Source: a virus | Direction: 5' to 3' (one strand) | DNA length: 64,000 nt | Virus record (IMG/VR): IMGVR_UViG_3300032236_000971 | Span: 1-64,000 of that record | Part shown: positions 45,509 to 55,258 of the stretch, piece after piece | Numbering within the stretch: the first letter of the stretch is position 1 | How the letters are laid out: every line of letters starts with the position of its first letter | Notes under the pieces: generated by a model | Told to the model about the DNA's origin: nothing | Seen by the model: only the letters and a program-made list of their open reading frames with translations | Databases searched by the model: none | Made by a program: the position numbers and the translations under genes

Positions 45509-46311
45509 AGTATGCGGCATTAGCATTAGCATTGTTACTTGGTGGGTGCACGGGTAAGCAGGTAACTCAGGCTGAGATTGAAAAGCAGATTGACGAGCCA
45601 GAGATCATTACGCACAAGCGTTTTAATGAGATAGTAAACATCACCCCTCCAGCCGAAGATCCTATTCCTATTGCTGTTTATCGCTTTCAGGATCTAACAG
45701 GTCAACGTAAGCCTAATAATAATTATGCTTCACTTAGCTCGGCAGTAACACAGGGCGCTGAAGTATTCCTTATTAAGGCATTAAAGGATGCAGGTAACGG
45801 TAAGTGGTTCCTTCCAGTTGAGCGTGTAGGACTTGAAAACCTAGTAAAGGAACGTCAGCTTATCCGTTCACAAAGAGAAACATATGAAAAGGATCAGGCA
45901 AAGCCTCTAGTTCCTTTAATTGTAGCAGGGAGTATGATTGATGGCGGTATTGTGGGATATGATACTGATATTGGGACTGGTGGTATTGGCGCTCGTTTTC
46001 TTGGTATTGGAGCCGATCAACAGTATAGAAAAGACGAAATCACGGTCATGGTCCGATTGATATCTGTAAATACAGGTGAAATACTACTATCTACAGGGGC
46101 TACTAAAACAATTTATTCTACTGGTACTAATTTAAATGTATTGAAGTTTGTTGATGCTGGTACTAAGTCAGTAGAGTTTGAAGCTGGTTCGTCTATTAAT
46201 GAACCTACTACCTATGCTGTAAGAATTGCTATTGAAGCAGCGATTGTTGATATGATTAAAGAGGGCGCAAAGAAGAAAATATGGTCGTTTAAAAAGGAAA
46301 AAAAGAAATGA
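45502..46311 (+). CDS. csgG: Curli secretion channel CsgG-like lipoprotein
   Basis: Lipobox LGGC (start 45502); AVYRFQDLTGQRKP, SSAVTQG, VERVGLENLVKERQLIR, GGIVGYD. Confidence 0.92.
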   Translation: MVKYAALALALLLGGCTGKQVTQAEIEKQIDEPEIITHKRFNEIVNITPPAEDPIPIAVYRFQDLTGQRKPNNNYASLSSAVTQGAEVFLIKALKDAGNGKWFLPVERVGLENLVKERQLIRSQRETYEKDQAKPLVPLIVAGSMIDGGIVGYDTDIGTGGIGARFLGIGADQQYRKDEITVMVRLISVNTGEILLSTGATKTIYSTGTNLNVLKFVDAGTKSVEFEAGSSINEPTTYAVRIAIEAAIVDMIKEGAKKKIWSFKKEKKK

Positions 46312-46985
46312 AACTAGTAGCAAGGATGATCGCGTTTTTGACATTCTTGGTTATGATTCAGTATGCGCATGCGGGAAGTAATAATAGTATCTATATTGAT
46401 CAAATTGGTGATGGTTCTAATATAACTTTGACGCAAACTGGTAGTGGAAACGGAATCGGTTCATCATCAAATCGATCTTCGTTTAATGGCAATAACTTAA
46501 CGGTAACAGTATCTCAAATAGGTAATCAAAATAACCAACTAATCAACGTGGTTGGTGATGGTGTAACATTGAATTCAACTATCACTGGAAATACGAACCA
46601 GGTTGATATTGATTGTACATCTTGTACGGCTTCGTCTATAACTAGTTCGGTAACAGGTAGCAGTAACCTTGTTACTATAACTAATGAGAATTTAAACAAT
46701 ACAGCTTTAACAATTGAATCTGATAATAACACTGTAACATTAACTAATAATTCCACAGCGGTTGCTGGCGTGAATAATGTCATCAATATCTCTGGGGGTA
46801 ACGGTAACCAATTGATTTTAAGTCAGACTGGTCCAGCTGGCGCTCTTGGTCACAAAGTTGATTTAGCAGTAACTGGTGCACTTAATAATGTTCAAATAGG
46901 ACAAGGTGGATCAGTTGACTCAGTCGTTAATAGTACGATCACTGGCTCTAGCAACACTCTTATTATTAAGTCTAACCACAACTAA
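46308..46985 (+). CDS. Curlin-like (CsgA/CsgB-like) repeat secreted protein
   Basis: Signal peptide; N.IYIDQIG, QTGSGN, QIGNQN, xTGxxN beta-arcade repeats. Confidence 0.7.
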   Translation: MKLVARMIAFLTFLVMIQYAHAGSNNSIYIDQIGDGSNITLTQTGSGNGIGSSSNRSSFNGNNLTVTVSQIGNQNNQLINVVGDGVTLNSTITGNTNQVDIDCTSCTASSITSSVTGSSNLVTITNENLNNTALTIESDNNTVTLTNNSTAVAGVNNVINISGGNGNQLILSQTGPAGALGHKVDLAVTGALNNVQIGQGGSVDSVVNSTITGSSNTLIIKSNHN

Positions 46986-48021
46986 CGCTGAGGTTGGCAA
47001 GGTCACAGAGCAATCTGGACCTACTGAAATACGCAGAGATAAGAATTCTTTACCTAGCTCTATCTCTTCTGAGGTGGAGATGAACGACGTTATAACTACA
47101 GCTAATGCAAAAGCTGGTATTACGTTTAAAGACGATACAAAGGTACAGATAACCGAGCAGAGTAAACTTGTTATTGATACGTTTGTTTATGATGGTGAAA
47201 AGAAAACGGGTAAGCTCGGTATAAAAATGGCGCTTGGCACTATTAAGTACGCCAGTGGCCAAATAGCAAAGAATGATCCAACTCAGGTTATGGTTGAAAC
47301 GCCAACAGCAACGATTGGTGTAAGAGGCACAGATTTTTCAGGAACTGTAGATGAAACAGGAAGATCAACTATTATATTGCTACCTTCTTGCCCAAGCGGC
47401 TGGAAGAATATTGATCGCGATTGTGTCACTGGGAATATTAGCGTTACTACTATCATGGGTACTGTCTGGTTAACTAAACCGTTTGAGTCAGTTACAGTTA
47501 ATACAACTATCGCTCAACCTAAGTCAGCTATACTAAATCTTAGTTTAGATCAAATCAATAATATGCTGATCGTTACGCCGCCTAAAGAAGTAAGGGAAGA
47601 AAGAACTAGAACACAAACTAAAGCATTTAACTTCCTCGATCAAAACTTTCTTGATAAAGATTTATTAAAATATGATGGCCTTGATAATAATGCGTTGGAT
47701 AAACCGAATGTATTAGATAGAAACGCATTAGATAGTGATTACCTAATGAACGCATTAGACGTTATAGCTAATCAGTTTCTTAGTAACGAGCTTGATCAAT
47801 ATAACGCACTGCTGCCTAAATACGATAAATCAACTGGTTTGAAATTTACTGTTGATAGTGAAGTTTTAAATTTATATCGTGAAACAGTAAGTAACTACTA
47901 TGATATCAATTTAAATATCTATAGAAGTTTAACACTGAATCTTACTCAAGATAATTTGACAATTAAACAATTAGTAAATGGACCTGGTACTACTACGATA
48001 ACAATAAAGCAGGGCAACTGA
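46906..48021 (+). CDS. FecR-domain periplasmic protein
   Basis: D.ITTAN...ITFKDDT.VQITEQS, TPTATIGVRGTDF. Confidence 0.85.
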   Translation: MDQLTQSLIVRSLALATLLLLSLTTTNAEVGKVTEQSGPTEIRRDKNSLPSSISSEVEMNDVITTANAKAGITFKDDTKVQITEQSKLVIDTFVYDGEKKTGKLGIKMALGTIKYASGQIAKNDPTQVMVETPTATIGVRGTDFSGTVDETGRSTIILLPSCPSGWKNIDRDCVTGNISVTTIMGTVWLTKPFESVTVNTTIAQPKSAILNLSLDQINNMLIVTPPKEVREERTRTQTKAFNFLDQNFLDKDLLKYDGLDNNALDKPNVLDRNALDSDYLMNALDVIANQFLSNELDQYNALLPKYDKSTGLKFTVDSEVLNLYRETVSNYYDINLNIYRSLTLNLTQDNLTIKQLVNGPGTTTITIKQGN

Positions 48022-48284
48022 TGAAAACATTACTCGCACTTCTATTAATGACAACACCTGCTTTCTCGCAGACAGTAAATAATGCAACCGTGAATTTACA
48101 AGGAGCTAATCAAAGTGTTAGTATTACTCAGTTTGGCAGTGATAAATCTGCTACCGTTACTTTTAATGGGTATGGGCTTAATGCAATTATCAGTCAATCG
48201 GGTTCTAATCCTCAGTCTTTTTCTTTATCTGTTACTTGTACTAGCTCTTGTCCTACTTCACCTTACATCATTAACCAATACTGA
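48021..48284 (+). CDS. Short curlin-like secreted protein
   Basis: Signal peptide; A.V..QG, ITQFG, ISQSG repeats. Confidence 0.6.
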   Translation: MKTLLALLLMTTPAFSQTVNNATVNLQGANQSVSITQFGSDKSATVTFNGYGLNAIISQSGSNPQSFSLSVTCTSSCPTSPYIINQY

Positions 48285-50341
48285 TGGAAACGCTAGGCAA
48301 ATATCTTACAAGCACATGGGCAGCTGCTATCAGCGCCTGTCTCCTGTTGATATTGTATGTAATCAATCCAAGCTTCATCCAAACACTACAATTGAAGACA
48401 TTCGATTACCTGATAACTTCGCTTGACAAAAAGCAATCAGAAGAGATTGTAATTGTTAACTTTGGCGAAAAGTCAGTAAAGCAATTTGGTCAGTGGCCAT
48501 TTGATCGCCGAGATATTGCTAAGACAATTGAAAAGCTTAAAGAACACGAAGCAGCCGTTATAGTTGCTCCTATATTATTTTCTGAAAAAGACAGAGCAGG
48601 TGGTGATGATGAATTGGCTAATAGTCTCGGAGGTGTTGTTATTGCTCAAACACCTACTACGCAAAATGTTCCACCTGACGCTGTACGTCGTGGGTTTGCT
48701 GCTATTGGTCCTGTTGATCCTATCAGCTATGTCTATCGTTGGAATGGTGGATTACGCCCTATTAATAAGCTGGCAGAATCTGCTGAAGGAGTCGGCGTTC
48801 TCGCCACTATCCCTGAAATCGATGGCGTTGTCCGTCGTGTCCCTCTACTTGTTAATATTGCAGGTAATCTTTATCCATCATTACCTCTTGAAACCCTTCG
48901 TGTCGCTGCTGGTGATCCTTCCTATCAAATTAAAACAGGTGATGCTGGGCTTGAGTTTGTGCGCATACCTGCTTTTCCTGCTGTTCCTGTCGACGAAAGA
49001 GGGCGTGTTTGGGCAACATGGAATACAAAGTTCGAAGAGGTAGAAGCAACGGAAATTGATGACAGAGTCAAAGGTAAGATAGTAGTTCTTGGCTTGACTA
49101 TTGAAGGCGTTGGCGGTATAATCAGTACTGCAATGGGTGAAAAATGGGCGCATTCGATACAGGCTAGTACGCTTCAAACACTTATTGATGGAACTTCTAT
49201 TTCTCGCCTATCCGTAGCAAGGCTATTAGAAGGAATACTAATACTAGGAATACTGCTCCTATTTCTGTATAGCGTTCCAAAAGTGTCTGTAAAGATGACA
49301 GTTCCATTTTATGCTCTCTTTATTGCGAGTATATCTTATGGCTCGTATTATTTATTTCAAACCCAGCTTCAGCTGTGGGATCCTAGCTATCTAATTCTAT
49401 CTGGATCAATACTATTTGCTCACCTAATATTCAATAACTTTGCTCGTGAGTTTAGATTAAAGCAACAGATCAAGAAGCAATTTGGTACATACTTATCGCC
49501 AGCATTAGTTGAAAAACTTCAAAAGAACCCTGAATTACTTAAATTGGGAGGAGAGACCCGTGAGTTATCGATCATGTTCACAGACGTTCGCGGCTTTACT
49601 AATATTAGTGAGCATTATGGAGCTGACGTACAAGGTCTTACTCAAATAATGAATCGCTATATGACAGCGATGACTGCTAAGATTATTCAGAACGAGGGCA
49701 CACTAGATAAGTATATCGGTGACGCTCAGATGGCATTTTGGAATGCGCCACTTGATGATAAAGAACACGCTAAACATGCAGTTAAAACAGCATTGGAGAT
49801 GTTAGATGACCTCAAAAGATTTAACACCGAGATTTTGGCTGAAGGTATCCCTGCCTTTGGTATGGGTCTTGGCATTAATACAGGTAGTGTCGTTGTGGGG
49901 AACATGGGATCTTCTCAGCGTTTTGATTACACCTGTCTTGGCGATTCTGTTAACCTGGCAAGTCGTTTGGAAGGACAATCAAAACCATACCATGTGAAAA
50001 TGGTTATTGGTCCTGAAACATATGAGTATGTTAAGGATGAATATCTATGCTTAGAGCTTGATTGTCTCGCTGTTAAGGGTAAGGCAATAGGTGTTAAAAT
50101 ATACACTATTGTTAATAAGAATGGTTTGAATATTGCAGCTTCGCGTTCGCATGCACAGTTTTTAGAATACTATCGTCAGATGGCATGGGGTAAAGCTCTT
50201 GAGTATATTCCTTACATAGAAAGAGCTTTTGAAGGTGAAATGAAAGAATACTATAAGATGATGGCTGAACGTATTGAAGAGTATAAAGTTAATCCGTTAC
50301 CAAAAGATTGGGATGGCGTATATAGGACAAACTCAAAATGA
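48284..50341 (+). CDS. CHASE2-domain class III adenylate/guanylate cyclase
   Basis: GQWPFDR, DGVVRRVPL CHASE2; three TMs; FTDVRGFT, DKYIGDA.MAFW, GDSVNLASRLEG. Confidence 0.95.
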   Translation: METLGKYLTSTWAAAISACLLLILYVINPSFIQTLQLKTFDYLITSLDKKQSEEIVIVNFGEKSVKQFGQWPFDRRDIAKTIEKLKEHEAAVIVAPILFSEKDRAGGDDELANSLGGVVIAQTPTTQNVPPDAVRRGFAAIGPVDPISYVYRWNGGLRPINKLAESAEGVGVLATIPEIDGVVRRVPLLVNIAGNLYPSLPLETLRVAAGDPSYQIKTGDAGLEFVRIPAFPAVPVDERGRVWATWNTKFEEVEATEIDDRVKGKIVVLGLTIEGVGGIISTAMGEKWAHSIQASTLQTLIDGTSISRLSVARLLEGILILGILLLFLYSVPKVSVKMTVPFYALFIASISYGSYYLFQTQLQLWDPSYLILSGSILFAHLIFNNFAREFRLKQQIKKQFGTYLSPALVEKLQKNPELLKLGGETRELSIMFTDVRGFTNISEHYGADVQGLTQIMNRYMTAMTAKIIQNEGTLDKYIGDAQMAFWNAPLDDKEHAKHAVKTALEMLDDLKRFNTEILAEGIPAFGMGLGINTGSVVVGNMGSSQRFDYTCLGDSVNLASRLEGQSKPYHVKMVIGPETYEYVKDEYLCLELDCLAVKGKAIGVKIYTIVNKNGLNIAASRSHAQFLEYYRQMAWGKALEYIPYIERAFEGEMKEYYKMMAERIEEYKVNPLPKDWDGVYRTNSK

Positions 50342-51039
50342 TTTCATTTGTAATACCTTGCTATAACGAAGAAGCACATATTAAAGATTGTATTCGCTCT
50401 ATCAGAAAACATATATGGTATATACCTTATGAAATTATTGTAGTTGATAATAACTGTACAGATAGAACTGCTGAAATTGCGGAAGAAGAGCTTGCGAAAG
50501 TTGTTAAAGAAACACGTAAGGGTGTTGTATTTGCAAGACAAGCTGGTTACGAAGCTGCAACTGGTTGGCTGATTGCTAATATCGATGCTGATTCTAAGAT
50601 AACCGATGGATGGGTTTGGGAAGCAATGAGTATGTTATCAAACCATGATACTGTCGCAGTAACTGGTCCATTAGAATACGAAGGTGCTGGTTTAGGTTTA
50701 CGTATAATGACGAAGCTGTATTACCTGCTTGCTAAGTTTAGTAACGATCATATTGGCGTGTTTCTTCAAGGAGGCAACTGCATGATCAAGAAGAAAGCTT
50801 TAGATGAAGTTGGTGGTTACGATGGTACTATTATTTTCTACGGCGAAGATACGATGACTGCAAAACGCATACAGCACCTCGGTAAAGTTGTATTCAATAT
50901 GTATATGGTAACAACAACGTCACCAAGAAGGCTTAAAGAGCAAGGCGTCATAAAAACTACATGGTTATATCTTACTAATTATTTTTCTGTGACTTTCAAA
51001 AATAAATCTACAACTAACGACTATAAGGATTTTAGATGA
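50338..51039 (+). CDS. GT2 glycosyltransferase
   Basis: VIPCYNEE, VDNNCTD, DAD, GED, TSPRR. Confidence 0.92.
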   Translation: MISFVIPCYNEEAHIKDCIRSIRKHIWYIPYEIIVVDNNCTDRTAEIAEEELAKVVKETRKGVVFARQAGYEAATGWLIANIDADSKITDGWVWEAMSMLSNHDTVAVTGPLEYEGAGLGLRIMTKLYYLLAKFSNDHIGVFLQGGNCMIKKKALDEVGGYDGTIIFYGEDTMTAKRIQHLGKVVFNMYMVTTTSPRRLKEQGVIKTTWLYLTNYFSVTFKNKSTTNDYKDFR

Positions 51040-51764
51040 AGTCATACAAAACAGTATTCATATCAGATTTACATCTGGGTACAAAAATGAGTCAAGCAAA
51101 TAAGCTGCTTGATTTTATGAAAACATTCGAATGTGAAAAGATATATCTAGTAGGCGATATTGTTGATTGTTGGGCTATGTCAAGAAAAATGATATGGTCT
51201 CAATTTCATAATGACGTAATTCAAAAGCTACTCCGTAGAGCTAGAAAAGGTACTGAAATTGTTTATATTCCCGGAAATCACGATGACGTTATGCGCAACT
51301 ATTGTGATAACGAATTTGGTCATATTATCATGGTTAGGGAAGCCGTACATGTGGGAGTCGATGGCAGGATATATCTTGTTACTCATGGTGATCAGTTTGA
51401 TGTTGTAATTCGTAATGCCGAATGGCTTGCTCACCTTGGCGGCTGGGCATATGACCTTAGTATAAACATGAGTCGTTTCATCAATAAAATTAGGACCGTG
51501 TTTGGTTTAAAATACTGGTCATTGTCAGCTTATCTAAAGAACACAGTAAAAGAATCTGTAAACTTTATCGGTAATTATGAAGAAACACTATCGAAGTATG
51601 TGAAAGGTAAGAAGCTAGATGGAATTATATGCGGTCATATTCATCATGCTAACATTCGTGATATTGGCGGTATTAGATATATGAACTGCGGCGATTGGGT
51701 AGAGTCATGTACCGCCTTAGTAGAAAACCATGACGGTACATTTGAAATAGTTAAGTGGGTATAA
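51036..51764 (+). CDS. LpxH-like metallophosphoesterase
   Basis: SDLHLG, GDIVD, GNHD, HGD, CGHIH, NCGDWVES. Confidence 0.9.
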   Translation: MKSYKTVFISDLHLGTKMSQANKLLDFMKTFECEKIYLVGDIVDCWAMSRKMIWSQFHNDVIQKLLRRARKGTEIVYIPGNHDDVMRNYCDNEFGHIIMVREAVHVGVDGRIYLVTHGDQFDVVIRNAEWLAHLGGWAYDLSINMSRFINKIRTVFGLKYWSLSAYLKNTVKESVNFIGNYEETLSKYVKGKKLDGIICGHIHHANIRDIGGIRYMNCGDWVESCTALVENHDGTFEIVKWV

Positions 51765-52118
51765 TTACTTGTGTTTGCTGGCTAGTTCTTCAGCAGCCTT
51801 AACTTGTTTATCAGCAGCTTCAAGTTCGCGTTGTTGAGCTTTGGCTGCTGTTTCTACGTCATGTAAATGACGCTCTGATTCAATTTCTTTACCACGTAGC
51901 TGTAGTACAATATTAATTTTTTGATTAAGACGGATTAAATCATTGTCAAGCATGCGAATACGATCTATAAGAGCAATAAGTACCGTACTAGCTTCGCTGG
52001 TGACTGGTTTGATTTCTTTGGTTGCCCATGTCCATACATAATAAATCATATACCCCATACCGCCAGCGGCTACAATAGGGAATCCGTATTTGTTAATAAG
52101 TTCTGCTAACCCACCCAT
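51765..52118 (-). CDS. Small single-TM coiled-coil protein (holin candidate 2)
   Basis: KYGFPIVAA TM, LIDRIRMLDNDLIRL; paralog of the neighbouring gene. Confidence 0.6.
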   Translation of the reverse strand: MGGLAELINKYGFPIVAAGGMGYMIYYVWTWATKEIKPVTSEASTVLIALIDRIRMLDNDLIRLNQKINIVLQLRGKEIESERHLHDVETAAKAQQRELEAADKQVKAAEELASKHK

Positions 52119-52399
52119 TAGTCTCTCCTTGCATCATTTTTGCCGTCAGCTCGGGCAATTCTATCAACGTCTGGCTTTACACCAAGCGCATTTGAAACTA
52201 ATGTGTCAATACGAATAACGTCATGATTCATTGTCTTCACACGATTATCAAGAGCAGTAATGATACCAGAAAGACTTTTAACAGAGCTCATAACACCAGC
52301 AAGGATAAACTTCATTGTAAGAAACACGAAATATCCACCAGCACACGCAGCTGCAATAGGGAAACCTACTTCTGCGACTAATTTAAACCATTCATCCAT
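52118..52399 (-). CDS. Small single-TM coiled-coil protein (holin candidate 1)
   Basis: EVGFPIAAA TM, LDNRVKTMNHDVIRI; minus-strand TATAAATA at 52442-52449. Confidence 0.6.
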   Translation of the reverse strand: MDEWFKLVAEVGFPIAAACAGGYFVFLTMKFILAGVMSSVKSLSGIITALDNRVKTMNHDVIRIDTLVSNALGVKPDVDRIARADGKNDARRD

Positions 52400-52468
52400 A
52401 GTAACACCTTTTTAGTTTGACTAATTAGTAAAAATATAGTATATTTATAATCAAGAGGAGAGATAACA

Positions 52469-54760
52469 ATGATGGCAAGTATTAATGTAACAAAGCGTAA
52501 CGGTAGCAGAGAACCTCTTGATCTGAATAAATTTCATAAAGTTGTAGCTTGGGCTTGTGAAGGGTTGAATTCTGTTTCAGAATCTGAAATTGAAATCAAG
52601 TCGCATATTCAGTTTTATGACGGTATCAAGACAACCGACATTCAAGAAACCTTGATCAAGGCGGCTGCTGATTTGATTAGCGAAGATTACCCTGCGTATC
52701 AGTATGTTGCTGGTCGCCTTATCAACTATCATCTAAGAAAGCAAGTTTATGGTGACTATAACATTCCTACTCTCGTTGCTCATATTGATCGTGTTATTGA
52801 TGCAGGATATTACGACAAGGATATTAAAGAATGGTATTCTGTTGACGATATGGTTATTCTTAATTCTTATATTGATCACAAGCGAGACTTTTCAATCGCT
52901 TATGTTGGTATGGAGCAGTTTCGCGGCAAATATCTAATTAAGAACAGAGCTACTGGTAAAATCTACGAAACACCTCAGTTTGCGTACATGCTTATAGCGA
53001 TGGTTCTCTTCCGCAATTATCCAAAAGAAACAAGACTAAAATGGGTAAAGGACTTATATGACGCAACTTCTACTTTTGAAATTTCGCTGCCGACTCCTAT
53101 TATGGCAGGTCTCCGCTCGCCTCAGAAGCAATTCTCTTCGTGCGTCCTTATCGAAACAGATGACAGCCTTGATTCAATTAATGCTACAGCTTCCGCAATC
53201 GTTAAGTATGTTTCTCAAAAAGCTGGTATCGGTATTAATGCTGGGCGTATTCGTGCTCTCGGCTCTCCTATTCGCGCTGGCGATACTACACATACTGGTG
53301 TTATTCCTTTCTACAAGCACTTTCAGTCTGCGGTTAAATCGTGCTCACAAGGCGGTGTCAGAGGCGGTGCAGCTACTCTTTACTACCCTATCTGGCATTT
53401 GGAAGTCGAAGATCTACTGGTACTAAAGAATAACAAGGGCACAGAAGATAATCGTATCCGTGGTCTTGACTATGGTGTTCAATTTAATAAGGTGATGTAT
53501 GAACGACTACTTTGCGGAGGTAATATCAGCCTCTTTTCGCCAAATGACGTTCCTGCTCTTTATGATGCTTTCTTTGTGGACGTGGATAAGTTTCGAACTC
53601 TTTACTTGGCAGCAGAAGCAGACCCAACAATCAGAAGAAAGTCAATCCCAGCCGTTGACCTCTTTTCAGCTTTTATGCAAGAGAGAAAAGACACAGGACG
53701 AATTTATCTGCAAAATGTAGATCACGCAAACGACCATGGAGCGTTCATCAAAGAACTAGCTCCTATTCATCAGTCTAATCTTTGCTGTGAGATTGATCTT
53801 CCTACAAAGCCACTAAATGATATTAATGATGAGAATGGAGAAATTTCACTATGCACACTAGCTGCCATCAACTGGGGGAAGATTCGTGAAACTTCTGATT
53901 TCGAGCGTCCTTGCACTCTTGCCGTACGTGCTTTGGATGAGTTACTTGACTATCAAGACTACCCAGTCCTCGCCGCAAAAAACTCCACAATGGCAAGGCG
54001 TCCTCTTGGCGTGGGTATTATTAATTTGGCTTATTGGCTTGCTCGTAATGATCTGAGTTACCAAGATATCGATCACGATGGGTTGAGTAAGCTTCATTCG
54101 TTTGCGGAGGCTTGGTCTTATTATCTTATCAAAGCATCAGTCGATCTAGCGGAGGAAAAAGGTGCGTGCCCGAAAAGTAATGAAACAAAATACAGCCAAG
54201 GTGCGTTCCCCATACACACCTACAAGAGAGAACTGGACGAAATCGTATCGCCTACGTATCGGATGGACTGGGTTTCGTTGGGCAATAAAGTTCAGCTTCA
54301 CGGCATCAGAAACTCAACGCTCATGGCTCTTATGCCATCAGAAACATCAGCACAGATTAGCAACGCAACGAATGGTATTGAACCGCCAAGATCGCTTGTA
54401 TCTGTTAAACAGAGTAAGGATGGAGTCCTTAAGCAAGTTGTACCCGAAGTTCGCAAACTTAAGAAAAAGTATGATCTTCTTTGGGATCAACAATCGCCAG
54501 AAGGATATCTTAAAATATGTGCCGTACTTCAGAAGTTCATCGATCAAGGAATATCCGTTAACACCTCGTACAACCCTAAGTTCTACGAAGATGAAAAGAT
54601 ACCGATGAGTGATATGATTGGGCATCTGTTGATGTTCTATAAGTATGGTGGAAAGCAGCTATACTACTTCAACACCAATGATGGTGCTGGAGAATATGAA
54701 GAAGCACCTTTGGCTGCTGGTGTTGTTGAAGATGAGGATTGCGAGTCATGCAAAATTTAA
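52469..54760 (+). CDS. nrdA: Ribonucleotide reductase class Ia alpha subunit
   Basis: ATP-cone VTKRNG, QFSSCVL, SNLCCEI, C-terminal CESCKI. Confidence 0.98.
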   Translation: MMASINVTKRNGSREPLDLNKFHKVVAWACEGLNSVSESEIEIKSHIQFYDGIKTTDIQETLIKAAADLISEDYPAYQYVAGRLINYHLRKQVYGDYNIPTLVAHIDRVIDAGYYDKDIKEWYSVDDMVILNSYIDHKRDFSIAYVGMEQFRGKYLIKNRATGKIYETPQFAYMLIAMVLFRNYPKETRLKWVKDLYDATSTFEISLPTPIMAGLRSPQKQFSSCVLIETDDSLDSINATASAIVKYVSQKAGIGINAGRIRALGSPIRAGDTTHTGVIPFYKHFQSAVKSCSQGGVRGGAATLYYPIWHLEVEDLLVLKNNKGTEDNRIRGLDYGVQFNKVMYERLLCGGNISLFSPNDVPALYDAFFVDVDKFRTLYLAAEADPTIRRKSIPAVDLFSAFMQERKDTGRIYLQNVDHANDHGAFIKELAPIHQSNLCCEIDLPTKPLNDINDENGEISLCTLAAINWGKIRETSDFERPCTLAVRALDELLDYQDYPVLAAKNSTMARRPLGVGIINLAYWLARNDLSYQDIDHDGLSKLHSFAEAWSYYLIKASVDLAEEKGACPKSNETKYSQGAFPIHTYKRELDEIVSPTYRMDWVSLGNKVQLHGIRNSTLMALMPSETSAQISNATNGIEPPRSLVSVKQSKDGVLKQVVPEVRKLKKKYDLLWDQQSPEGYLKICAVLQKFIDQGISVNTSYNPKFYEDEKIPMSDMIGHLLMFYKYGGKQLYYFNTNDGAGEYEEAPLAAGVVEDEDCESCKI

Positions 54761-55258
54761 TTGAGAAATATGCAATCATTATGGCTCTTGGTAATAATGG
54801 TGGTGAATGGGCTACTCATTATACTGAGGAACAGAAAAATGTTTGGCGCAAACGTGTTGAACAACTTATTGAAGATATCAAGTTAGAGTTGGTTAAATGA
54901 AAGCTAAGAAAATGAAGTTGACTTTTGAAGAAATTTTCAGTAAGATAGAAAAATGCGAGTTTGTTATTGTGCATACAAAAGAGGAGATGAAACCTTACCT
55001 CCTCAATGCCAACGATAACACAATTTATACGATGCCAGAAGGATACCTTGAATATGACAAAAGGTTTTACTATCGCAAGTATTGATGGTCTAGGAATTGG
55101 TAAAAACGATAGAATCTATCACGATATGACAACTATGATAGATTCAAAATACAACGATAAGTATTTTGTTCATAGAGTGATTAGGTTTCTTCGCGATTAT
55201 CCTGAAAGAGCGCCAGACTATATAGATTTCGTGCCAGATTGGGAAACAAGGAATATAG

